Positions 51,488-61,200 of a stretch of DNA of 64,000 nt are shown here, one piece after another. Position numbers and translations under genes: made by a program. The notes beneath the pieces are model-generated. The model did no database searches and had not been told where the DNA came from. It worked only from the letters and a program-made list of their open reading frames with translations. The stretch is taken from contig CAUYUJ010000281.1 in the NCBI GenBank assembly GCA_963575745.1, positions 434,001-498,000 of the forward strand. The letters run 5' to 3'. The DNA comes from Prorocentrum cordatum (lineage: Eukaryota). Numbering within the stretch: the first letter of the stretch is position 1; each line of letters opens with the position of its first letter.

Positions 51488-51530
51488 CTTGAGCGAAACG
51501 CCTACGGACTTGAGCCAAAATGGCTACGGA
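51488..51530 (-). other. Genomic copy of the dinoflagellate spliced leader (51509-51530, perfect) plus an adjacent degenerate copy (51488-51508)
   Basis: Reverse complement reads TCCGTAGCCATTTTGGCTCAAG followed by TCCGTAGGCGTTTCGCTCAAG. Confidence 0.95.
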
Positions 51531-51671
51531 CCTCCTCACCTCCTCCTCCTCCTCCTCCTCCTCCTCCTCCTCCTCCTCCTCCTCCTCCTCCTCCTCCTCC
51601 CTCCTCCTCTCCTCCTCCTCCTCCTCCTCCTCCTCCTCCTCCTCCTCCTCCTCCTCCTCCTCCTCCTCCTC
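51531..51671. repeat. (CCT)n tract separating the two divergent spliced-leader-capped inserts
   Basis: Directly visible. Confidence 0.95.
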
Positions 51672-51738
51672 ACCATAGCCATTTTGGCTCAAGCCATGTT
51701 GGCTCAAGCCATTTTGGCTCAAGTTGCCACCGCTCAAG
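51672..51738 (+). other. Spliced leader plus three stacked 15-nt relics
   Basis: ACCATAGCCATTTTGGCTCAAG (51672-51693), CCATGTTGGCTCAAG, CCATTTTGGCTCAAG and degenerate TTGCCACCGCTCAAG. Confidence 0.93.
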
Positions 51739-51802
51739 CCAGCTGGGCAGGAGCAGCCTGCCCACAGTTTTCGCGCTACATCCACACGCCGCAGTTGCCG
51801 CC

Positions 51803-52735
51803 ATGTCTTCCAGGACGCCCTGGGTTCGTAAAGGAGGAGTAGGAGCTCCAGTTGTTTCGCATTCAAAGTTGCTTTGCCCGCGTGGCAGGCCAGACTGTTG
51901 GATCTGGCCAAATAGAATTGCTTCTCAGCCGTTATGTAAGTGCGGCCTTCCTTGGCATGGGAAGAGTTCCCAGCCACTTCCGCCACCTCCGCCACCACCG
52001 TCAGCAGCGAAGTCTGGTCGCACAGAAAAGATCAAGGCTGAGGTAGTAGTTGGCAGGGAGAAGTTTCAGTCCAATCACAAGCACACTGTTCAGGTAGAAG
52101 CCGACAGTGTGAAGGAGCAGCCACCATCGCCGCCTCTTGTGGCAGTGAAGCCCAATCCCAAAGATAAGGCCGCCAGTCAGGTAGAAGCCAACAGAGAACA
52201 GGGCCAGGATTTCAAAGTCAGGCATCAGTTCAAGCTTTTGATCTCGGATGTCTTCCAGCAGTACGAACCGCCGATGCTGGATCAGCTGGGCCATTTCTTG
52301 GACAAGTACAAAGGGCAAGAACAGCTTCTTTATTTGGCAGTATGCGAGAAATTCAATGCGGAGCCTAAGGTAAAGGTTCAGATCACCAAGAAGGAAGACA
52401 AGCTTCCAGTTTTGGACAGCGATAGCGTGTCCGACTCACCTTCTGCCAGTATAAAACATGTCGACAGTCCTCGTTCGACTTCTCCAGAGTACGCTAGTAA
52501 GCGTGCAAAGGTTGGGCACAGCGATGCCGCCCCTTCCAGTGGTTCTGCCCCGTCCAATTCAAGACTTCTGGAGCTAAAGTGTGGTCTCCAGGATATCAAG
52601 AGCAAGCACCTCCAGCAGAAGCTGGAGACACTTCAGGAAGAGCTCAAACGTGCTAAGAATCAAACCGCAGCTTCATGCAGTGCGCCTGTTCCAAGGAGGA
52701 GCAGATCCAGCTCAGACTCCACTTCTTCAAAGTAA
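51803..52735 (+). CDS. Intronless 310-aa hypothetical protein in a retroposed unit (N-terminal Cys4 cluster, central helical motif, C-terminal coiled-coil-like segment)
   Basis: GCCGCCATG start 65 nt after the relics; non-repetitive open frame; CPRGRPDCWIWPNR...CKCGLPW, FQQYEPPMLDQLGHFLDKYKGQEQLLYLAVCEKF and LQQKLETLQEELKRAK. Confidence 0.8.
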   Translation: MSSRTPWVRKGGVGAPVVSHSKLLCPRGRPDCWIWPNRIASQPLCKCGLPWHGKSSQPLPPPPPPPSAAKSGRTEKIKAEVVVGREKFQSNHKHTVQVEADSVKEQPPSPPLVAVKPNPKDKAASQVEANREQGQDFKVRHQFKLLISDVFQQYEPPMLDQLGHFLDKYKGQEQLLYLAVCEKFNAEPKVKVQITKKEDKLPVLDSDSVSDSPSASIKHVDSPRSTSPEYASKRAKVGHSDAAPSSGSAPSNSRLLELKCGLQDIKSKHLQQKLETLQEELKRAKNQTAASCSAPVPRRSRSSSDSTSSK

Positions 52736-53904
52736 TTGGAGCAATTATGTTGGTAGTATCCAACTTTCTTTTCAGCGGCAGAATTTGTATTGCATCTTGG
52801 GCAAAATGGCAACTTGAGTATTGGCTTAGTGTGCAACATTCTCGGCTACAGGTTTTGGTAGAATCCTTTGTGTTGGTCATTTGCGTTTGGGTAGGACAGT
52901 TGTCAGCTACCCAGGGTTCTTTAATGTTCACGTCTTGTTTCCTTGGCCAGATTGGCAGTACTGTGAAGCAGGTAGCTTACTTGCAGTTTCTTCTTCATGC
53001 GCTAGTTGGGCAGTTGTATCCAGCCCAGTTTATTTTTACTCTTCAGGGGTCCAGGAAAGTCTGGCGAAGTAATCCCCTAGTAATCTCTCTACCCTTTGGG
53101 GGATGGTAGGTCTCGCTCTGCTAGGGGACTCCCATTAGTATGTGGGAAGAAAGTTTACCCCAGTGCATTGCAGTCTTGATCTCCTTCCCCTTCTTTGGTC
53201 CTTCTTTCTTCCCCCCTCCCTCCTTCCTCCCTCCAGACAGGTCAAGGAATTGGCAGCCAGGTCACAGGCGAAAGCAAGTGGCCTTCCCTGGCGGGTCTTG
53301 CCATGGTCTCACCATGCCCGAAAGTCCGAACCTGCAAGTTGGCGTTCAGGGATTGCTCTTGTCTGGTGTGGGGGATATTTGGTGGGTGGTATAGGATTAT
53401 CCGCCCCGTTCTGGGGAAGTTCTGCATTGATTCCGTTCTGGCCTGGGAACGGCCCATTAGAAGGTGGGCAGCGTTTAACCCGGACGAGTTTTGTTTCATG
53501 CTGTCCTGCTCCTCCTCTCCTCCTCCTGGGGTAAGGTTCTTGGCGCCGACTCGGAACTGGCAACGCCCCAGGCTTGGACTGGGGGTCAGTTGCTGTCCGC
53601 GGAACGCGCATGAGCTTTAGTTCAGCCCCGAAGCGAATGTCAATGTCCTCCTCCTCCTCCTCCTCCTCCCCCTCCTCCTCCTCCTCCTCCTCCTCCTCCT
53701 CCTCCTCCTCCTCCTCCTCCACTGCCGGGGCTCCGGGAGGGCGGTGATCTCGAGCCTAGCGGCTGCCCAGACCTTCCTCGAGGGCTACAAAAGAGCGCCA
53801 GGACTTCGACGGCTGAAATCCAATCGAGGCCTGAAGCAGCCCAGATAGGTCTAGAGGTCTGGAGGGCGTTTTTGTCAGCACTCTGGAAGGTCAAAGAAAT
53901 GACG

Positions 53905-54075
53905 GACCCAGAGATCGGATGCTCCAAAAAGATGGGAACGGGCGGTGTTTTTGAATGATTTGTCGGTCTCCCGGGGCCCTCGCCGGGCCTCGGGGCCGTC
54001 AAGAAGCAGCTCAGGGCGAAAAGCTGGCCCCAAGGAAGTGGTCCGAACCTCTGGGGCCCACGCCTCGAAAAAAGC
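53905..54075 (-). mobile_element. Family D, inverted degenerate copy
   Basis: ggggccctcgccgggcctcggggccgtcaagaagc.gctcagg is the reverse complement of the family D core. Confidence 0.65.
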
Positions 54076-54949
54076 GGAGCAGCTGGATGTTCAGGGGCCA
54101 GGACGAGGGAGGAGCAGGACGAGGAGAGGGCAGAGGAGAGATGGGGGCAGTCCCCCCTTGCACACCTGCCCCTCCTCCCCTTCCTTCTGCCCCTGCACCC
54201 CTACCTTTCCCCCCCTCCTCTCCGATCTTCTGCGTCGTCCTCCCTGCCCCCCGCCTCGCCGTTCCCTCTTCCACAACCTCCTCCTCCTCCTCCTCCTCCT
54301 CCTCCTCCTCCTCCTCCTCCTCCTCCTCCTCCTCCCCCAAACCGCCTGATACCTCCTAGGATCCCAACAGATTCTCGCACAACCTCCTGGATTGTCCGAC
54401 CACCTCCTCCCCTCTTCCTGGCGCAGCGAAGCAAGCCTGTCGCGCCGCACCATGTAGAAGCCCCCAGATCTGATGAAATTCACGCCCAACCTTTTTTTCC
54501 AGCACGGGTTTCTACACCTCTATGTCTATGAATATACGTAAGCATGGGTCCGCTACGGACAAGCTGATTCGGGACTATTCGGGATCATCAAGAAGGCGGG
54601 GCTGATTGAGAACGTGCACTGAACCACCGACCCAATGAGACACATCAAAATAATCGATATGTAACCTTGTGTGAAGTGGCCAGTCGTGCTCACACGTCCA
54701 CACATCCTCCACATCCATCATCCTCCCTACCTGCCTTCCTGGTTGTTCTCCTCCACCTGTCTTTCCCTGCCTCCTCCTTTATCGGTCCTTCCTCCCAACA
54801 TGGGGGGCTCTTACGACATTCGAGCGTTTCGAAAGACATGCGAACACAATAGACATCAACGATGGAAACATACAAGCACCTCACACGATAAGCAATCCCA
54901 TGCAGCAACACATGTGCAAACAAATGCTTGCCAGCGTGAACCCAACCAG

Positions 54950-55340
54950 TGGAGTGTGGCACTGTGGCTGTGTAGGCTATGTAGTGTGATCTGCGAAGCG
55001 ACGTCTAAGTGGGATAAGTATATGGCGCACTATACGTGGTGCCTCTCTACATGTGGTGTGAGCTGTACATGGCCGATACGTTACGTGGTGCCTCCAATGT
55101 GGTACGACTAGGGGTCTGAGCTATTCAGTGCGGTGTAGGTGGTGCAATACATGTGGTGCGATGTGTGCGGCGCACGCTGTGCAGAGCAATCCCAATTCCG
55201 CAATACATAGTGTGCAATGTTAGTGCTGTGAGCTATAGGGTGTAATACATTGTGGCCTAAGCTATGTGGAGTTTATGTGGCATGGGTTATGTGCTGTTCA
55301 CTTCGTGCTGGGTATCGATGTCATTTGAGCTATGCAGCGC
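54950..55340. repeat. Degenerate TG-rich short-period repeat (tgtggtgtgagcta-like)
   Basis: Recurrent gtggtg / gagcta / aatacat motifs. Confidence 0.5.
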
Positions 55341-56109
55341 TGTAGATCACGCGCGGGGCCACCACGAAGAGCCCGCGGGCGGCAACGTGGCGAAAACTTG
55401 GCGGACCCACCCAGCGGCAGCGGACGGGGCGCCCACGAGGCGCCCGCGGGCGGCAACGTGGCGAAACCTCGGCGGACCAATCCAAAGTCTTGGGAAGGAC
55501 ACATAACAACTCTTCGTGCAAGCTCTGCTTGGGGAATCGAAGAGCCACTGGAGGCCGCAGAACACCTTCGACATCCTGTGCAAGCTGCCGAAGCATCCTC
55601 CCCCCCATCCAAGAGAGGAGGATAAGGTAGCAGGAGGAGGGAGGAGGATAATGAGGAGGAGGGGGAGGAGGACGACCAGATACCGCCAAGAGGGGTCACC
55701 ACTCCAGTACCACCGCTGAGGGGTTGCTATGCTAAGGGGGTCTCCTGAGTGTGCAGGCTTGCGGGGCATCGCGGGCACGACAGGATCATGCGCACACGTT
55801 GCTCAAGCGGCCTCAGGAGGCTCCTGGCCACAGGCCCTCCAGGAGATCCCCGCGGACGCCTCCGGAGGTCTCTGTAAGGAGGCGCCTGATATAGGGCCAG
55901 AAGGAAGGCAAAGGAGCTAGACAGGCAAAGAACAGCCTGGATCCCCGCACGTCAACTCTCGATCGGAGTCTCGACCACCCCTTCCTTCGGTGCTTCCGAG
56001 AGGGGGCCCAGAGGGATGGGGCCCCATTGACGAGAACCTCAAAGAGTGCAGTCTCAACTCGCGATCCACTTCCTGTCTCCAGGGCCCCATCCCTCAGGGC
56101 CGCATCCTT

Positions 56110-56263
56110 TGAAGGGGCCCCAGGACACACAAATAAATACACACCAAGATTCCCCATTTTTCAATATTTTTGGGGTTTTTGTCTTCCCCCCCCACTTCCC
56201 ATATTTTCCTATATTTTCGGGGGAATCGACGATTAATTGTCTGTGTGTTTCTTTCCCTCCTGA
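56110..56263 (+). mobile_element. Family A, copy 5
   Basis: Same sequence as the other copies. Confidence 0.85.
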
Positions 56264-56345
56264 TCCTTGAACCGCCGAACTGATAAGGCTTCCGGCTGAG
56301 CACAGGCAGCCGTAGTCCTGGCTGGCCCCATAAAACGACCCGAGT

Positions 56346-56560
56346 CCCAGAGATCCGACGTCGTGCTCTTTTCAATACGGGGTCCCCGGAAATCTCGACC
56401 CATTCCCCAGGACCGGTTTTTCATCCTGAGTCGTTTTTGGACGGTCCCGAGGCCCGGCGAGGGCCCCTGGTGACCAAAATTTGCAAAAACCTCATTTATT
56501 TTTCAATACTTTGGATCTCTGGGGTATTCCAGGGCGGTCTCAACACCCCTCCGCCCTCCC
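56346..56560 (+). mobile_element. Family D copy
   Basis: Close match to the copies at 34928 and 44778. Confidence 0.8.
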
Positions 56561-57024
56561 CCTCCCCCTCCTCCTCCTCCCCCGCCCCCTCTCCCCTCCC
56601 CTCCTCCTCCCCGCTCCTCCTCCTCCTCCTCCTCCTCCTCCTCCTCCTCCTCCTCCCCTCTCCTCCTCCTCCCCTCCTCCTCTCCTCCACAATTACTCAA
56701 TATGAAAATACTCTCCCTCTTCCCCTGATGGCGTCCGGGTGATGGCCGCGCACCCTCCACGTACTGTTTTTTACACACAGGATTCCCGGGAAATCCCCGG
56801 AAACGACTCTCGCTGCGGCGCCGGCGTCATTTTTCCCCAAAATGCTGCTCTCGTTGAGGCGCCAGCCTCATTTCTGCTCCCGAATCGTTCCGAATCGTGC
56901 TCCCGCTGCAGCGTGGGCCTCATTTTCGGATCGGTGTTTGGCCTCCGTCGTTCAGGATGGCGTTCTCGCCCCAGCGCGGGCCTTTTTCTCGCGCGCCCAT
57001 CCGCCCGCCACCAACGCGCCGCAC

Positions 57025-57124
57025 CGCCACCACCACCACCACCACCACCACCAACACCACCACCACCACCACCACCACCACCACCACCACCACCAGCACC
57101 AGCACCAGTACCAACACCACCACC

Positions 57125-57155
<31 letters not shown>

Positions 57156-57210
57156 CCACGACAACCACGCACACACGCACGCACGCACGCACGTGCACCA
57201 CCACCCACTA
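57025..57210. repeat. (CCA)n followed by (GCAC)n microsatellite
   Basis: Directly visible. Confidence 0.9.
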
Positions 57211-57557
57211 CGCACGCGCACGCGGAGCCACAGGTCCGCTACGACACGCGTCCGCGGATAGAGAAAATCAGCGCCATGGTAAGGGATGGGAGGGAGGGGT
57301 AGGACGTCAGATATGGCGCGAGCGCACCTAGCTTGTCCTCCTCCTCCTCCTCCTCCTCCTCCTCCTCCTCCTCCTCCCCGAGGCGCGGAGCTCCCCAGGG
57401 CGGAGGCTGCCCTGGCCTGCTCGGGGGGCCCGTTGAGGCCCGCTGGGACCACTCGGGGGGCCTGCTGAGGCCAGGCGGGGCTCAGAGTCACTGCCTGAGG
57501 AGGGGGCTGTCCTGAGAGATCGGACGTCGTGATTTTTGTCAGCGCGGGGTCCCCAGA

Positions 57558-57744
57558 GTCGGGCGTTGGCAGAACTGGGTTTAGTGGAACCTGGTGTAGT
57601 GATTTGTACCCGGGGCGCCCCCCCGTCCCATTTCCACTAAGCGGAACTGCCGTCACCCGAAAAACACCAGTTACGGCAATTGAGGGGCCCCAGGGCCCTA
57701 CCACTAACCGGGTCCCCTTACCTGGGGTCCTCGCCATCCCCGAC
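57558..57744. mobile_element. 187-bp TIR element with AGA duplication, nested in a family D copy (57515-57872)
   Basis: cccc-AGA|gtcgggcgttggc ... gccatccccgac|AGA-ggtctcgac; the uninterrupted family D copy at 34928 reads ccccagaagtctcgac. Confidence 0.8.
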
Positions 57745-58529
57745 AGAGGTCTCGACTCCTTCCCCAGCATCCCGAGTTGCTCTTCCATGGCCCTGCGGCC
57801 CGGCGAGGGCCCCTGAAGGCCAGAAACTGCGACAAGCCTCCGTCTTGACTTTCTCAATGTGTCGGATCTCTGGGCCTGTGTCTGTGCGCAACCCGAAGCC
57901 TCACCACGCCGACCCCGCCTGGAACTCCCACCGCCACTCGCCCGGCGCGCGCGCGGGGGAGGCCCCCGCCTTCCGCACGAGCGCGGCGCCCGCGCCCTCT
58001 GCGGCGCTGCCCAGCCCCTGGAGGGACTCCTCCGGGGGCGGTGACGACGACGGAGAGGGGAGGAGGAGGAGGAGGAGGAGGAGGAGGAGGAGGAGGAGGA
58101 GGAGGAGGAGGAGGAGGAGGGGGAGGCAGGAGGAGGAGGAGAAGGAAGGAGTAAGAAGAAAAGAGAAAGAGACTCCTGGGGGCGGCTGCCAGCGCGGTGC
58201 GGCGGCTCCGGTGAGGAGGGCGGCTGGCGGGTGGGGCGGCGGCGGCGCGCCGGCGGCGGTCGCGGCATCGACGGCGGTGACGACCACCACGAGGGCGGGG
58301 GCGGCGACGACGACGGAAAGGGGAGGAGGAGGAGGAGGAGGAGGAGGAGGAGGAGGAGGAGGAGGAGGAGGAGGAGGAGGAGGAGGAGGAGGAAAAGAGG
58401 AGGCGGAGGAGGAGGAGGATAGGAGAGCGGAGAAGTAGGCGGACGAGGTTGAGGAGAGGCGGAGGCAGCGGAGGAGGAGGAGGACCGGATGGATGCGGCG
58501 ACGAAGACGACGACGGAGACCGCGGCGAC

Positions 58530-58602
58530 CGGCAGGGTCGTCCAGGAAGTTGCCCCGCGCGAGGGCGGCCAACGCCAGCAGCGGCGCAGGGAGCCGCCAC
58601 AT
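58530..58602 (-). CDS. Candidate first exon with a signal-peptide-like start (MWRLPAPLLALAALARGNFLDDPA)
   Basis: ATG followed by a hydrophobic stretch and a G|GT donor, in a unique island among repeats. Confidence 0.35.
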
Positions 58603-59479
58603 GAAGGCGGCAAGGGGGCGATCGAGGAGGGGGGGCGGAGGGGGGGGGGAGGAATTGGAGAAGGAGCGATAAGGGTTGGGGGCGATGGGGGAAGGGGAAG
58701 TGGGCGGAAGGAGGAGGATAGTGGGGTAGCAGGAGGAGTCAGGCGGAGGCGGGGAGACTAGGCGGGTAGACGGGAGGGGAACGAGAGGATGAGGGAGAGG
58801 AGGATCAAGAGTCGAGGAGGAGGGTAAGAGGAAGAAGGGAGGAAGGGGAGATAGCGAGGAGCGATCGAGGGGGAGGGCGGGAGAGAAGTTGGGAAGAGGG
58901 GGGAGGAGTCAGGGAGGGAGCAGGAGAAGGCGGAAAGGGGAAGGGAGAAGTAAAGGGAAGGAGGAGGGAAGGAGGGAGGAGGAGGAGGAGGAGGAGGAGG
59001 AGGAAAAGGAAGAGGAGGAGGAGGAGGAGGAGGAGGAGGAGGGCGGTAGGCGGCTGCGGAGGATGCGGTACGGAGGAGTAGGACTGGGCGGAGGAGGGCT
59101 GCGGCGGAAGGATGCTGCCTCCGCCGATGCTCACACCCCCTCACACCGGCGCACAGCTTCCCCCCGGCCCCACCGGACGCGCAATGCCAGGGCCCCCCTC
59201 CCGCGAGGCCAGGGGGCTGGGCGGTCAAAGCGGAGATCGGCCGCCTCGCAAAAGCGTTCTCATCATGCGCTCGCGAGTGCTTTTTTGGAGCTGCTGCCTC
59301 GGGTCCTTCGGGGGATTCGAGCGAATCTGGCGGTTGGGCGACGGGAACGGGAGGGCCCGCTCACACGAGTACTCACTCCCCACCCCCTCGAGGAGAAAGG
59401 GGGGGTGGGGCGTGCGGGAGAAACGTGCACTAGCCCCCACCCTCCTGCTAAAAAAAAAAAACCCATATTCCTTCACTGC

Positions 59480-60412
59480 TCCTTCCTATCCTCCTGCTCC
59501 TCCTCCTGCTGCTCCTCCTCCTCCTCTTCCCTTCCTTCCCTCCTTCCTGCCTGCCTGCCTTCCTTCCCTCCTCATCCTCTTCCTGTCACTGCCGCTGTCG
59601 GCATCGGAGCTCGAATCGAATGCTGTCGTCGCCTCCTTCAACTCCTCCTCCTCCTCCTCCTCCTCTTTCGTGTCCTTCTCATCCTCCTCCTGCTCCTCCT
59701 CCTCCTCCTCTTCCTCCCTGCTCCTCCTCCCACCTCCTCCTTCTCCTTCTGATTCATCAGCACCTCCTCCTCCTCCTCCGCCTCCTCCCCTTGTTCCTCC
59801 TCCTCCTCCTCCTCCTCCTCCTCCTCCTCTTGCTCCTCCTCCTCCTCCTCCTCTTGCTCCTCCTCCTCTTCCTCCATTCTTCCTCTTCTTTATCATCATC
59901 GTTAACACCATCCGCGTCATCAGCATCAGCAGCATCATCATTAGCATTATCATCATCAGCATCAGCATAATCATCGTCAGCATCGTCAGCACCACCACCA
60001 TCACAATCAACAACATCATTATCATCATGATCATCAGCATCATCACAGCAGCACCAACATCAGCACCAGCATCATCACCAGCATGCTCATCAACATCATC
60101 AGCAGCATCAGCATCAGCATCATCAGCATCATCGCCATCATCACCAGCATCTGCATCAGCATCATCACCATCATAAACATCATCATCATCAACATCACCA
60201 TCCGCATCAGCAGCATCATCACCATCATCAACATCATAATCAGCATCAGCATCAGCATCATCATCACCATCATCAGCATCGTCATCATCATCATCATCAT
60301 CATCATTATCATCATCATCATCATCGTCGTCGTCGTCATCATCATCAGCATCATCATCAGCAGCATCAGCATCAGCATCAGCATCAGCATCATCATCATC
60401 ATTATCATCATG
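59480..60412. repeat. Compound (CCT)n followed by (CAT/CAG)n microsatellite
   Basis: Directly visible. Confidence 0.92.
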
Positions 60413-60571
60413 CCTCTCGAGGGTTCCCGAGGCCCAGCGCGATGCCACCAAAAGACGTCCGAAGACACAGGACCTCAATCCTCGATCCCTCTGTGCCCGT
60501 AAGACGGAACGTCGTCCATAAAAGAGAAGCCCAACACATTCGTATATGCCAGTGTCGGCCGTCAACCATTT

Positions 60572-60778
60572 GGACGCCCGAAATGGGCACGGAAACAATG
60601 GGCACAACGCCCAACAGCAAATCTTGTCCCGAACCAAAAGCGGCCGCTCTTGGGCAGGCGGTCTTCTGGCCCAGATGGACACAGGCCGCGGCGGCGCGGA
60701 CAGCGAGTCCTGTTCAAAAAGAACAGGAACTGCTGTTGGGCATTGTGCCAATCCTTTCAGTACCCATCTCGGGCGCGC
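60572..60778. mobile_element. MITE with ~48-bp imperfect TIRs
   Basis: cgcccgaaatgggcacggaaacaatgggcacaacgcccaacagca versus reverse-complemented cgcccgagatgggtactgaaaggattggcacaatgcccaacagca. Confidence 0.75.
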
Positions 60779-61200
60779 AGGAACCAGAGATCTTCGTCCG
60801 AGAGCGCTTCTGGCCGCATCCGCCGCAGAGCTTTTCTTGCCCGGACCGCTGTGCCAGCAGGGCCTGGCTGGGGCTGTCAGGCCCCCTGAGGGCCCAGAGC
60901 ACTGCACCGCACGCTGAAGAGCACCCCCTCTCCCCCCCCCCCGCCAGCCAGGGTCCCCGCAGCCGGGATACTGCCGAGCAGAGCCTGGGGAAGCCCGAAA
61001 GAGCGACGAAGGGCGGAGGCTTAGACCCATGGCTGCAGGCTTCCCTGGGCGCGCCCAAGACCTCGGCCCCGTGGAGGGGCCCCCTCCGTCCTCCAAAGGA
61101 CTGTGGAGGGGGGCCCCCTCCGTGGCGGGGGGCCCCCTCCACAGCCCCCAGGGGGGCCCCCTCCAGAGGAGGAGGAGGAGGAGGAGGAGGAGGAGGAGGA

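Larger units (their letters stand above)
45769..51530 (-). mobile_element. Near full-length non-LTR retrotransposon (LINE; ORF1 + APE-RT-RNase H), 5'-capped by a spliced leader and flanked by (GAG)n on both sides
   Basis: Domain motifs are listed in the CDS features below; both boundaries are sharp junctions with CCT tracts. Confidence 0.92.

Noticed and set aside
51509..51738. SL RNA gene
   Set aside because: An SL RNA gene has a GT donor and intron after the 22-nt exon. Here the leaders are followed by relics and ORFs, which indicates retroposed mRNA ends.
50367..51998. 543-aa and 494-aa ORF calls (50367-51998 on minus, 51251-52735 on plus)
   Set aside because: Both are extended through the CCT tract and leader copies; the plausible starts are 51374 and 51803.
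52675..53109. 144-aa hydrophobic second ORF in the SL unit
   Set aside because: It overlaps the main ORF, has no recognisable motif, and T-rich UTR sequence readily gives hydrophobic frames; it cannot be supported.
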